From: a bacterium
Lineage (GTDB): Bacteria > SAR324 > NAC60-12
Length of the DNA stretch: 64,000 nt
NCBI GenBank assembly: GCA_965209155.1
Contig: OZ242383.1
Location: 1,920,001-1,984,000, forward strand
Direction of reading: 5' to 3'
The notes under the pieces are model-generated. The model ran no database searches, was not told the origin of the DNA, and worked only from the letters and a program-made list of their open reading frames with translations. Below are positions 50,549-60,690 of this stretch, one piece after another (the first letter of the stretch is position 1; every line of letters begins with the position of its first letter). The translations under genes and the position numbers were made by a program.

Positions 50549-51542
50549 ATGCTCTCGAAAGTTCAAAAGTATATTCATTCCATTTCATCGACAGCCCCCC
50601 TCGAGGCTCTTCAAGAAGCCTGTCAACTCTTTGAAAAAGAACGAGAACAGTGGAAGCAAGAGCGATTAGCACTCCTCAAACGTATTGAAGCGCTCGAAAC
50701 AGAAAATAAGCAACTCCGGGATCAGTTGGCTCTCAACAGCCAAAACTCAAGTAAGCCTCCTTCCAGCGATCCAAGTCGAAAGAACAAAAGTTTGCGTAAA
50801 AGTAGGTGTCGCTCTCGCGGAGGTCAACCCGGTCATCAAGGCCATCATTTGCCTTTCAGTGAATCACCAGATCATGTGGAGCCTCATTTTGTCAGCACTT
50901 GTGAAGCCTGTGGAGAAGATTTATCCCAAGAGAAGGTTGAGGCCCGGCATAAACACCAAGTGTTTGATCTTCCCCCGCTCCAATTAGAGGTCACCGAGCA
51001 TCAGGTGGAACAAAAAAATTTGTCCCTGCTACCGGCATCTGAATCGCTCGAGCTTTCCAGCAGGGATAGAGGGACCCACTCAATAGGGTCCCTGGATCAA
51101 AGGCTTAGCGGTTTATATCAATCAATATCAGTTTCTGCCCTTTGATCGATGCCAGCAATTCTTTGAGGATCTGTTCGGCCAGACGCTCAATGCGGCCACG
51201 ATTTATGCTAGCCTCCAGCAAGCCGCCCATAGGCTTTATCCCTTGCAACAACAAGTGGCTGAAGCTCTGATTCAAGCGGAGGAAACCTTGTTATTCATGG
51301 ATGACTTTCGGGTTCCTTTTGATAACAACCAAGCCGAGCGAGATATTCGCATGGTTAAATTGAAACAGAAAAACTCAGGCGGCTTCCGAACGGCTGAAGG
51401 ATCACAGGCTTTTTGTACCATCCGAGGAGCTCTTTCCACTACCAGAAAACAAGGAAAATCCATCTTCGAGATGCTCACACAGGCTTTGTCTCTCCCGGAT
51501 CCAGTCCGGGACAAGCTTTTACCTGCGCCTCCTTGTTACTGA
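50549..51542 (+). pseudogene. IS66-family transposase, frameshifted and internally deleted
   Basis: [15 protein letters not shown], CxxC and HQVFDLP motifs; frameshift at the A-run near 51012; jumps to the DNNQAER C-terminus. Confidence 0.88.
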
Positions 51543-51855
51543 AACTCCCCTTTTTTTAAACGTTTCGCCCCTTGCGAGCCAAACGTATTCCTGGCGAACA
51601 TAGCATCGTCAATGCGATTTTGTAGGTCGTGAAAACGAGTTGTCAGTGGAGTGCATATTCCGGCCCACTTCGATCACCGATTCCGGTCCACTTCGATCAC
51701 TGATTCCGGCCCACTTCGATCACTGATTCCGGCCCACTTCGATCATCATGGATGATCGTTGCAACAGCGAAGCAAGCCGTTCCTTCATTTCAATAAAATT
51801 GGCTATATAGATCCTCTGTCAGTAAGAATATTTTCATTATTTTCCAAGAGGATCT

Positions 51856-53403
51856 ATGAGCCGGAAACAAGGAAAGGAATTGTCGATGCGTAAAGTACGA
51901 GAAATTTTGAGATTAGGATTAGTCTGTCAACTGTCCCAGCGACGGATTGCTCAAAGTTGTCATATGTCTCAAGCCAGTGTGAGCAAATTTTTGAATTTAG
52001 CCAAACAAAGAGAGATTGAAGGCACACAAGTCTCTCAATTCAGTGATGAAGAATTGATGAAGGCGCTTGGGCTCAACAGTGAGGTTATCTGCTATAAAAT
52101 GGCTCCCATGCCAGATTTTAAACAAATTCACGAAGAGCTGAAAAAGAAAAGTGTCACGCTTCGCTTATTGTGGGAAGAATACAAGTATCTTCATCCAAGC
52201 GGTTATCAATATTCCCAATTCTGCGAACATTACAGTCGTTTCAAGCAAACGCTCAATCGATCGCTTCGCCAGACTCACAAGGCCGGTGAGAAGCTGTTTG
52301 TGGATTATGCGGGAGAAAGCGTCAAGATCTACAATCGAGAAAGCGGCAAGTTTCAGGCGGCTCAAATTTTTGTCGCAGTTCTGGGAGCGAGCAACTACAC
52401 CTATTGCGAAGCGAGCTGGACTCAAAGTCTGCCCGACTGGATCGCTTCTCACATTCGTGCCTTTGAGTTTTTTGGAGCAGTGTCCAAAGTGGTGGTGCCG
52501 GATAATTTGAAATCAGGGGTGAAAAAAGCCTGCTTCTATGAACCGGATATCAATCCCACTTACCACGAATTGGCCCTTCATTATGGTACGGTGATTCTCC
52601 CCACCAGGGTCCGAAAACCCAAAGACAAAGCCAAGGTAGAAGTGGCGGTACAAATTGTAGAACGTTGGATCTTAGCCGCCTTACGTCATCGCAGTTTCTT
52701 CAGTTTAGAAGAATTGAATCGAGCAATCCGTCGTCTGTTAGAACGCTTGAATCAACGCCCTTTTAAAAAATTACCCGGATCGCGCTGGTCTTGTTTTCAA
52801 ACGCTGGAATTACCGGCTTTACTAGCCCTACCTCAGCAACGCTACAGTTTTGCTCAGTGGAAAAAAGCGAAAGTGAATATCGATTATCATGTGGAGTTGC
52901 AGAGGCATTACAACAGCGTTCCTTACTCCCTCTGTCACCAGGAAGTTCAAATGCGTTATAGCAGCGAAACGCTGGAAATCTTCTTTCGAGGCAAACGGGT
53001 GGCTTCCCACAAACGTGATGATCGTGCCGGGCTTCATAGCACTCAGGAGCAACATATGCCCAAAGGACATCGAGAACATCTACATTGGTCGCCTTCTCGC
53101 TTGATTGACTGGGCTGCCACCATCGGACCAGCCACCGCTAAACTGGTAGCAGGAATCATGGATCAAAGAAGCTATCCTGAGCAGGGATACCGTTCCTGCT
53201 TAGGGATTATGCGCCTTTCTAAACTCTACACGGCCAATCGAGTGGAATCGGCTTCTCAGAGGGCTATTCTCATTGGGGCTTTCCGCTATAGCAGTGTTCA
53301 TTCGATCTTAAAGAAAGGTTTGGATCGGCATCCCCTTTCCAAGCCAGAACCCACCCCGCAACTGGAACATGAAAATATCCGTGGGGCTCATTACTACCAA
53401 TGA
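51856..53403 (+). CDS. istA: IS21 transposase IstA
   Basis: FVDYAG, VPDNLKSGV, KPKDKAKVE and HENIRG motifs. Confidence 0.95.
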   Translation: MSRKQGKELSMRKVREILRLGLVCQLSQRRIAQSCHMSQASVSKFLNLAKQREIEGTQVSQFSDEELMKALGLNSEVICYKMAPMPDFKQIHEELKKKSVTLRLLWEEYKYLHPSGYQYSQFCEHYSRFKQTLNRSLRQTHKAGEKLFVDYAGESVKIYNRESGKFQAAQIFVAVLGASNYTYCEASWTQSLPDWIASHIRAFEFFGAVSKVVVPDNLKSGVKKACFYEPDINPTYHELALHYGTVILPTRVRKPKDKAKVEVAVQIVERWILAALRHRSFFSLEELNRAIRRLLERLNQRPFKKLPGSRWSCFQTLELPALLALPQQRYSFAQWKKAKVNIDYHVELQRHYNSVPYSLCHQEVQMRYSSETLEIFFRGKRVASHKRDDRAGLHSTQEQHMPKGHREHLHWSPSRLIDWAATIGPATAKLVAGIMDQRSYPEQGYRSCLGIMRLSKLYTANRVESASQRAILIGAFRYSSVHSILKKGLDRHPLSKPEPTPQLEHENIRGAHYYQ

Positions 53404-53422
53404 GCCCCTCAGAAAGGAGTTT

Positions 53423-54172
53423 ATGATTACTGTCCCTACTTTTGAAAAATTGAAATCGATGAAGTTTTGGGGAATGGCCCAAGCTTTCGAAGAACAAATG
53501 GCCTCCAGTCAGTATGAGCGATTGAGTTTTGAGGAACGCTTGGGCTTGCTAGTGGATCGGGAAGCCAGTGAAAGAGAAAACCGTCGTATGCAATCCAGAC
53601 TGAAACAAGCTGCTTTACGACAACAAGCCTGTATCCAGGACATTGACCATACGCTGCCCCGAGGATTAGATCCTGCTCTGATGCAATCCCTCTACAGCGG
53701 CCAGTGGATTAAAGAACATCTCAATATCCTAATCTGCGGACCAACCGGCATCGGGAAAAGTTTTATTGCCTGTGCCCTGGGACATCAAGCCTGTTTGCAG
53801 GGAGCTCGAGTCAAATACTTGAGAATCCCTCGATTGCTACCCCAGTTGGCCTTAGCCAGAGGAGATGGCTCCTATCTGAAAATGATCAACCAGATGGCGC
53901 GAATGGATTTGATTATTTTAGACGACTGGGGGCTCTCAGTCTTTAACGACCAGGAAAGACGAGATATTTTGGAAATCCTCGATGATCGCCATAACCGAGG
54001 TTCAACTATTATTACCGCTCAACTTCCTGTGGAAAAATGGCATCAGATCATCGGTGATCCTACACTGGCTGATGCCATCCTCGATAGAGTGGTGCACAAT
54101 GCTTATAAACTTCAATTGAAAGGAGAGTCGGTCAGAAAAAAACGATCCAAGTTGACCAATGCTAAACAATAA
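53423..54172 (+). CDS. istB: IS21 helper ATPase IstB
   Basis: GPTGIGKS, ILDDWG, ADAILDR and GESVR motifs. Confidence 0.95.
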   Translation: MITVPTFEKLKSMKFWGMAQAFEEQMASSQYERLSFEERLGLLVDREASERENRRMQSRLKQAALRQQACIQDIDHTLPRGLDPALMQSLYSGQWIKEHLNILICGPTGIGKSFIACALGHQACLQGARVKYLRIPRLLPQLALARGDGSYLKMINQMARMDLIILDDWGLSVFNDQERRDILEILDDRHNRGSTIITAQLPVEKWHQIIGDPTLADAILDRVVHNAYKLQLKGESVRKKRSKLTNAKQ

Positions 54173-54442
54173 ATTAAAACTAAATTAAAGAGAACGTCGC
54201 TTCGCTCCGAGAGGGTGATCGAAGTGATCCGGAATCAGTGATCGAAGTGGACCGGAATCGATGATCGAAGTGAGCGGAATACGCAGTGGAGTATTCTCCT
54301 CCATGATTTACCTCCCTGGCAAAGCGTTTACGATCATTATCGCCATTGGAAAAAACACTGGATTGTGGAGTGAACCTTCGCTTTTTGGCTCATGATCATA
54401 AAGAAGCGGATCTCCCTGATTGATAGATTTTTAATTTTTTTG

Positions 54443-54586
54443 GTAACTATTTAGGTGCGAAAACACTGGGCTAGTGGGCGACAGAACCTCTAAATTTCGT
54501 CAAAATATCTCAAAAGTGAATGATTTATTGTGCTTTTTCCAAGGAAAATACCCGAAAACCCAGGAAACTCGCACCTAAATAGTTAC
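54443..54586. mobile_element. 144-bp MITE with IS66-type terminal inverted repeats
   Basis: Perfect 18-bp inverted repeat gtaactatttaggtgcga / tcgcacctaaatagttac; no target duplication seen. Confidence 0.75.
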
Positions 54587-54898
54587 GAAAAAAGAATAAA
54601 ATGACGATATCCTCCTAGCTCGCAGTCCCATGTCCAAGTTCCGAGAACGGAAGGACAAGGGGCAATTGGGAAAATCATGGACGCCTGAGGGCGTCCTTTT
54701 TTCATGCATTGTCTTATGAGGAGAAGCCTATGGTGAAATCACGTTAGCCGAAAATGAATTTTTATTCCTTCAAACTCAATAACAATATAGGTAGAAATGA
54801 AAAGAATAATCAGAGAAATTGTCGAGAATGTGCTTTGGGGAATCAAAGCAGGTTTTCAAGCAATCCTTAATTTTGAACATCCTTTTGAAAGGAACAAC

Positions 54899-56620
54899 AT
54901 GTTTAATCTAAAAAGTAGCTCAACCTTGAGCACAAGCCTGCTGGCTCTCATCATGGGAGCAAGCATCTTCTTGGCTGGTCAGGTCTGGGCAGCCGAACCC
55001 GAATACGGTGGGACGCTTACAGTGACGGGAGAGTTGGTGCAGTTCTCGCCTACAAGTTGGGACCCCGCTGAATGGGTCTGGACGTCAATGATTTGGACTG
55101 AACCCTTTCTGCAGTCGCTTGTTCTTGGTGACTTTGTGAAGAATGGGCCACGCGGCACCAATGAGTGGCATTACCAAGGTTATGCAGGTGCTCCTTATCA
55201 TATGGTAAGAGGTCTGTTGGCTGAAAGCTGGACGGTGCCTGATGATAAAACAATTATTTTCAAAATACGTCAGGGCATCATGTGGCATGAAGTGCCGGGA
55301 GTCATGGCATCAAGGGAGTTTACAGCGGAGGATGTCGCTTATACCTGGACTCGTAATTTATCGGCAGAAGGGGCCTGGGATGCTATGGTTGGGCTCGTTG
55401 ATACGGTAACCGCTACGGATAAGTACACGGTTGAATTCAAGTTGAAGCAATGGATGCCTGATTGGACAAACAAGATAGGGGATGCCGATTATGCGACGAG
55501 GGTGTATCCACGAGAGGTAGTGGAGGCAGGATCAGGTGACTGGAAGAATTGGCGTGGGATAGGGACAGGCCCGTTTTTGCTCGAGGACTTCGTGGAAGGC
55601 AGCATGGTAACTTACGTAAAGAACCCCACTTACACGCTCCCAACCTGGGACACTGCAACCATCAATGGCAAGGAATACAAGATTCCGTTTATCGACCGTC
55701 TGGTACATTCTCTAATAACGGATATATCCTCCCAGCTCGCTGCGTTACGAACAGGGAAGATTGACCAGCATGATAATATCACTGCAGAGTACCTCCAGTC
55801 GCTAAAAAAGACAAATCCCGACATGAAGTTTTGGACGAAAACGAGTAATCGGTATCTCTACATAGGCATGAGGATGGATACGGAGCCCTTTGACGATGTC
55901 AGGGTGCGGAAAGCAATGGCCATGGCTCTCGATCAACAAGCCATTCTTGATAGTGTGTATGGTGGTGAGGGAGTGCTTTTTAACTTTCCCTACGACCCAG
56001 GAATGGGAGAGGCACTCTTTACTCCTCTGGAGAAGCTACCGAAATCAACTGCTGAGCAGTTTGAGTATAACCCCGAGCGTGCGAGGCAACTATTAGCCGA
56101 GGCGGGCTACCCGAACGGTTTCAAGAGTACTCTCAACTCAGTTTCACAAGAGCCTCATGGTAGTTTGTCTGAAATAGCGGTAGCTTACTGGAAGGATATC
56201 GGAGTCGACGTTTCCATTGAGTTGCATGAGTCGACTACTTTTGACGCCATGTTGAAAGAAAAGACGCATCAGCCCCTTACTATCTCTGCAAAGGGAGGCC
56301 ATATTGATCCGTTTCACGTTATAAATCTCGTCTACCTCGCTGACTTTTTTCATAATGCCTCCTTGTTTGACTTACACCCGCAATACGCTGAATTTAAAGA
56401 GCAATTTGATCGGGCATACGCTTCAACAGACATGGATGAATCGATGATGCTGATGAAGGATTTGTCGCAGAAGGTGTTAGGGACTGCGGCTTACACCCAA
56501 CTACCAACTCCATTTGTATACCATGCTGCCCAGCCATGGATAGAGAACTATTACGGCTCCATGATTAGTTTCTTCACTCCTGCTGCCGCTCATCTCTGGA
56601 TCAACAGCGCTGCAAAGTAA
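54899..56620 (+). CDS. ABC transporter substrate-binding protein, family 5 (paralogue of 39768-41579)
   Basis: Start at MFNL by alignment with the paralogue; same motifs. Confidence 0.92.
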   Translation: MFNLKSSSTLSTSLLALIMGASIFLAGQVWAAEPEYGGTLTVTGELVQFSPTSWDPAEWVWTSMIWTEPFLQSLVLGDFVKNGPRGTNEWHYQGYAGAPYHMVRGLLAESWTVPDDKTIIFKIRQGIMWHEVPGVMASREFTAEDVAYTWTRNLSAEGAWDAMVGLVDTVTATDKYTVEFKLKQWMPDWTNKIGDADYATRVYPREVVEAGSGDWKNWRGIGTGPFLLEDFVEGSMVTYVKNPTYTLPTWDTATINGKEYKIPFIDRLVHSLITDISSQLAALRTGKIDQHDNITAEYLQSLKKTNPDMKFWTKTSNRYLYIGMRMDTEPFDDVRVRKAMAMALDQQAILDSVYGGEGVLFNFPYDPGMGEALFTPLEKLPKSTAEQFEYNPERARQLLAEAGYPNGFKSTLNSVSQEPHGSLSEIAVAYWKDIGVDVSIELHESTTFDAMLKEKTHQPLTISAKGGHIDPFHVINLVYLADFFHNASLFDLHPQYAEFKEQFDRAYASTDMDESMMLMKDLSQKVLGTAAYTQLPTPFVYHAAQPWIENYYGSMISFFTPAAAHLWINSAAK

Positions 56621-56642
56621 GGTAAATAGACTTAATTCTTCT

Positions 56643-56689
56643 CTGACAAACAGGGGGAGGAAGGTAACTTCTCCCCCCTGTTTGTTCAG
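56643..56689 (+). terminator. Intercistronic stem-loop after the SBP gene
   Basis: acaaacaggggg...ccccctgtttgt; may be a partial terminator or an mRNA-stabilising hairpin. Confidence 0.6.
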
Positions 56690-56762
56690 TTTAGAAACTG
56701 AGTGGATTAAGATCAGGGGGAAGGGAATAGTGTAAGCTACACGCAAGAGATAGAAAAGAGAG

Positions 56763-57746
56763 ATGCAAGCCTACATAATCAGGAGATTACTCCTCATTAT
56801 ACCCACTATATTCGTAGCGAGTCTAATCGTGTTCTTCATGATTCGCTCTATTCCCGGCGATATCGTGACCAAGATGGCAGCTCAGCATAGGGGGGTCTGG
56901 AAAGATGCGGACAGTGCTGCTGTAAAAGCTCGCCTGGGCCTGGATGTGCCAATCCCACTCCAATACGGACGCTGGATAGGAGTGATTCGGGACCAACATG
57001 GCTCTTTTTCCGGACTCTTACAAGGCAGCCTTGGATTATCCCTCTGGCGCCAGGAACCTGTGACTGGGATAGTACTCAATCGATTGCCGGTAACCTTTGA
57101 GCTGGCTACCTTCTCTATGATACTAGCCGTCCTCATCGCCCTACCTATCGGTACCTATTCAGCGATACGGCAGGACACCATGGGCGACTACATCGCGCGC
57201 AGCTTTGGCATTCTCGCTCTTTCGATACCCGGCTTCTGGCTAGGGACATTGGTAGTTGTCTTACCCTCGATTTGGTGGGGTTGGTCTCCGTCGCTAGAGC
57301 TTATCCGGTTCAGGGATGACCCGCTGGGAAACCTGGAGCAGTACCTCGTTCCGGCTCTGGTTTTGGGCATGATTATGGCGGGGATCATCATGAGGATGAT
57401 GCGAACCATGATGCTGGAGGTGCTCAGGCAAGATTACATCAGGACCGCTTGGTCCAAGGGACTCAAGGAGAGGGTGGTCATCCTCCGGCATGCGTTGCGA
57501 AACGCCCTGATTCCGGTGATCACCGTCATCGGATTTATGATACCCTGGGTGGTTGGAGGGGCCGTTATCACAGAGACGATATTCGGCTTACCCGGCCTGG
57601 GTCATTTACTAATCCTGGCCATCAACGATAGAGACTATACCATCGTCTCCGGAGTCACGATGTTTTTGGCCGGCATTATCGTGCTGGCCAATCTGGTGAT
57701 TGACCTGTCCTACAGCTTTCTTGACCCCAGGATTCGGTATACATAA
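56763..57746 (+). CDS. OppB/DppB-type ABC permease
   Basis: Close paralogue of 42634-43617. Confidence 0.93.
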   Translation: MQAYIIRRLLLIIPTIFVASLIVFFMIRSIPGDIVTKMAAQHRGVWKDADSAAVKARLGLDVPIPLQYGRWIGVIRDQHGSFSGLLQGSLGLSLWRQEPVTGIVLNRLPVTFELATFSMILAVLIALPIGTYSAIRQDTMGDYIARSFGILALSIPGFWLGTLVVVLPSIWWGWSPSLELIRFRDDPLGNLEQYLVPALVLGMIMAGIIMRMMRTMMLEVLRQDYIRTAWSKGLKERVVILRHALRNALIPVITVIGFMIPWVVGGAVITETIFGLPGLGHLLILAINDRDYTIVSGVTMFLAGIIVLANLVIDLSYSFLDPRIRYT

Positions 57747-57818
57747 AAGGTACCCGTTCACAGTTAACGGTTATCAGTTATCAGTTTTCGGGTTACTGGT
57801 TTTTATTGGTGTTCGTTC

Positions 57819-58169
57819 ATGTCTTCTTCTTTTGAAAACTTGGAAGTATGGAAAAAATCCTGCAGACTTGCCGTACGCTTATATAACCTACTGAAAGAGT
57901 GCCGTGATTATGGATTAAAAGATCAAATATTGCGTTCTGCGGTTTCAATTCCCTCTAATATCGCCGAGGGAAGTGAAAGAAACAGTATTCCGGAGTTCAA
58001 TAGGTTTATAAATATCGCAAAAGGTTCAGCGGCTGAATTAAGAACTCAGGTTTATATCTCAAAAGAAGTCGAAATAATCCCTAAAACCGAAGGCGCCGAT
58101 ATAATAGAAGAACTGAAGGCAATAACCAAAATGCTACAAGCCCTACAAAATTCTTTAAAGAATCGATAA
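57819..58169 (+). CDS. Four-helix-bundle protein (divergent from copies 1-3)
   Basis: FENLEVWK, DQILRSAVSIPSNIAEG and IAKGSAAELRTQ motifs. Confidence 0.92.
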   Translation: MSSSFENLEVWKKSCRLAVRLYNLLKECRDYGLKDQILRSAVSIPSNIAEGSERNSIPEFNRFINIAKGSAAELRTQVYISKEVEIIPKTEGADIIEELKAITKMLQALQNSLKNR

Positions 58170-58209
58170 CCGATAACCGATAACCGATAACCGATAACCG
58201 ATAACCGAT
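58164..58209 (+). repeat. Heptamer tandem repeat (CGATAAC)x6 plus CGAT; inverted degenerate arm at 57756-57800
   Basis: Directly visible; upstream arm reads gttcaca gttaacg gttatca gttatca gttttcg. Confidence 0.95.
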
Positions 58210-58210
58210 C

Positions 58211-59169
58211 TTGAGTGATACCCTGGAAATCCCACCCGAAATCAGGGAGCCCAAGCAACGTGCCAGGCTGGTGGTGTTCTTGACCAGGCTGGTCAAGGAG
58301 AAACCCCTGGGTTTTATTGGGGGGATTATCGTGCTGCTCTTTCTTTTGACTGGTATTTTTGCCGATTGGCTGGCTCCTTACGGGATGAACGAAATTCGCC
58401 CTGTCGATCGCTTGCAACCCCCATCAACCAAGTATTTGCTTGGTACGGATCATCTGGGGCGGGACATGTTGAGTCGTATTATCTTTGGGGCTCGTGTCTC
58501 GATGATTGTAGGGATCGCTGCCGGCGCTATGACGGTCCTTATTGCCCTGGTGATCGGGGTTCCTTCCGGGGTTATTGGCGGCAGGTTCGATATGGTGGTG
58601 CAGCGCTTTGTTGATGGCTGGCTTTGCTTTCCCTTGTTAGTCCTTTTCTTAGCTGCTGTCTCTGTAGTCGGGCCAGGTCTGTTGCAAATTATTATCGTTT
58701 TAGGGTTGGTACAAGGTATCGCGGTTTCAAGGATCATAAGAAGCGCCGTTATCAAATTAGAGAGGAGTTGTATGTTAAAGCGGCAGCGGCGATTGGCAGT
58801 CCGACGCGGAGAACCATTATCCGCCATATCCTGCCCAATATTATGCCTCCCGTGATTATCGTATTTTCGACACAGGTGCCGGGTTCCATTTTATCTGAAG
58901 CCAACCTCAGCTTCCTTGGGCTTGGCATCCCCCCACCGCAGCCGAGCTGGGGAGGGATGCTCAGTGGCACGGGACGCAATTATATGTTCCTCGCTCCTTG
59001 GATGGCCCTCTGGCCTGGTCTGGCTATCAGTATTGCCATCTACGGTCTCAATATGTTTGGCGATTCGGTCAGAGACCTCTTGGACCCGAAGCTGAAAGGT
59101 GGTCTCGGGGGATATTCCGGAACGAGAAAAAAACTATTCAAGCGTATAACAAAATTGTGGAAGAAGTGA
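58211..59169 (+). pseudogene. OppC/DppC-type permease with a 1-nt frameshift near 58757
   Basis: gttatcaaattagagag versus paralogue gttatcaacattagagag; split into ORFs 58211-58855 and 58624-59169. Confidence 0.85.
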
Positions 59170-59191
59170 CCATTAGCCCATTTTGCAGGAC

Positions 59192-60070
59192 ATGAAATCA
59201 AATTCACGAACCCCTGGGGGAGGCCGACTGGATGGCAAGGTCGCGATCATCACGGGCGCCGCTGGCGGCATCGGATCGCGGCTGACGAGGGCTTTCCTGA
59301 ACGAAGGTGCGAAGGTCGCGGCTGTTGACATCAGCGAGACAGTGCTCGCGAGGCTCGTCGCCGGGCTCGCCGAGGACGGCGTGACCCAGCGGCAGCTGAT
59401 GCCGATCGCGACCAACGTTGCCGACTCGCGGGCTTGCGCGAGCTGCGTCGAGTCGACACTCGACACTTTCGGCACCGTGCACGCGCTCGTGAACAACGCG
59501 GGCGTCAGCATGAATTCCGTGCGCCCGGACTACGCGACGCAACCCGTCAGGACCGACGAGCTGAGTCCGCAAGTTTGGGATCAGATCGTGGGGGTCAACC
59601 TCTCCGGTGCGTGGTACCTGAGCTACTACGTGCTGCCACGCATGGTCGATCAGGGCTACGGCCGGATCATCAACGTAACGACGAGCTTCTACGGGATGCT
59701 GTTTGTCGGCGGACAACCCTACGGGGCTTCCAAGGCCGGTATGGAGGCGATGTCCGTGAGCCTCGCTGGCGAGTTTCGCGGCACCGGCGTCACCGTGAAC
59801 GTGGTCCTGCCGGGCGGGGGGGTGGACACGCCGATGATACCCAAAGAAGCGCCGTATGCGCGCAGTGACCTGATCGATCCCGAGTGCATGGCACCGCCGA
59901 TGATCTGGTTATGCGCGGAAGCCGGCGACGACGTGACCGGCCGGCGTTACATCGCCGCAAATTGGGATCCCGCTATCGACTTCGACGCGGCCGCAGCAGC
60001 CTGCTCGCGTCCCGCCGCGTGGCCCGAGCTCACGCACGATCACGTCGCGCCCGGGTCACGGAAACGCTAA
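59192..60070 (+). CDS. SDR family oxidoreductase (GC-rich gene)
   Basis: TGAAGGIG, NNAG and YGASK motifs. Confidence 0.9.
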   Translation: MKSNSRTPGGGRLDGKVAIITGAAGGIGSRLTRAFLNEGAKVAAVDISETVLARLVAGLAEDGVTQRQLMPIATNVADSRACASCVESTLDTFGTVHALVNNAGVSMNSVRPDYATQPVRTDELSPQVWDQIVGVNLSGAWYLSYYVLPRMVDQGYGRIINVTTSFYGMLFVGGQPYGASKAGMEAMSVSLAGEFRGTGVTVNVVLPGGGVDTPMIPKEAPYARSDLIDPECMAPPMIWLCAEAGDDVTGRRYIAANWDPAIDFDAAAAACSRPAAWPELTHDHVAPGSRKR

Positions 60071-60104
60071 GCGATCATCCAGACCGCTTGGATGGCCACC
60101 TGGC

Positions 60105-60305
60105 ATGCCTCTCGTTCGAAAGATAGAAACAGAACTATGGGAAGTGAGATCTGACATCTCATTTGGAATTGCTCGTATCATTTTCACAATTCAAGAAGAT
60201 CTGATGGTTCTCTTACACGGCTTTGTTAAAAAGACGCAAAAAATTCCAAAAAAAGAATTAGACGTGGGTAGGAGACGATTAAAACAGATCAAAGAGGAAA
60301 CATGA
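60105..60305 (+). pseudogene. 5'-truncated RelE/Gp49-like toxin
   Basis: MPLVRKI...LWEVR...VLLHGFVKKTQK. Confidence 0.75.
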
Positions 60306-60430
60306 ACAAATATGTGGGTAGCAATTTTGATGAATTTCTGGAAGAATAAAACCTTTTAGCAGAAACAGAAGCAATTGCTGTGAAGCGAGTATAAGCGTTT
60401 CAGATCCAACAATTAAAGGAGACAACATGA
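60302..60430 (+). pseudogene. Cognate XRE antitoxin remnant with in-frame stops
   Basis: MNKYVGSNFDEFLEE*NLLAETEAIAVKRV*AFQI. Confidence 0.7.
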
Positions 60431-60690
60431 GACCATCCGTATATTAAAAGAGGGATTATTGGAAGATCTGAAAGACCCCAAAGACCCCAAAGAAGCAGCT
60501 GCTTATCTAGATGCTGCTTTGGAAGAAGGCGATAGTGAAAGAGGTGGTTCAAACAGCAGGTGCCCTGGGTCGTGAGATTGCCACTCCTGACGAAGTGCGC
60601 AAAGCGCTCAAACTGAAGGGGATGGATAAAGTGAACTTTTGACCCTGTAACAAGGGGGAGACTCAACACATATTATGACAGGAGGAAAAA

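Larger units (their letters stand above)
51652..54285 (+). mobile_element. Intact IS21-family element
   Basis: TG...CA termini, 22-bp repeats at both ends, 6-bp target duplication GTGGAG (51646-51651, 54286-54291); empty site at ~27438. Confidence 0.95.
50471..54442 (+). mobile_element. Degenerate IS66-family element interrupted by IS21 and truncated at its right end
   Basis: Starts gtaactatttagg; sequence on both sides of the IS21 is collinear with 27300-27595. Confidence 0.8.

Noticed and set aside
51652..51750. 22-bp repeats resembling a CRISPR array (also 54215-54285 and 33061-33136)
   Set aside because: No unique spacers and no cas genes; they are the terminal repeats of the IS21 element.
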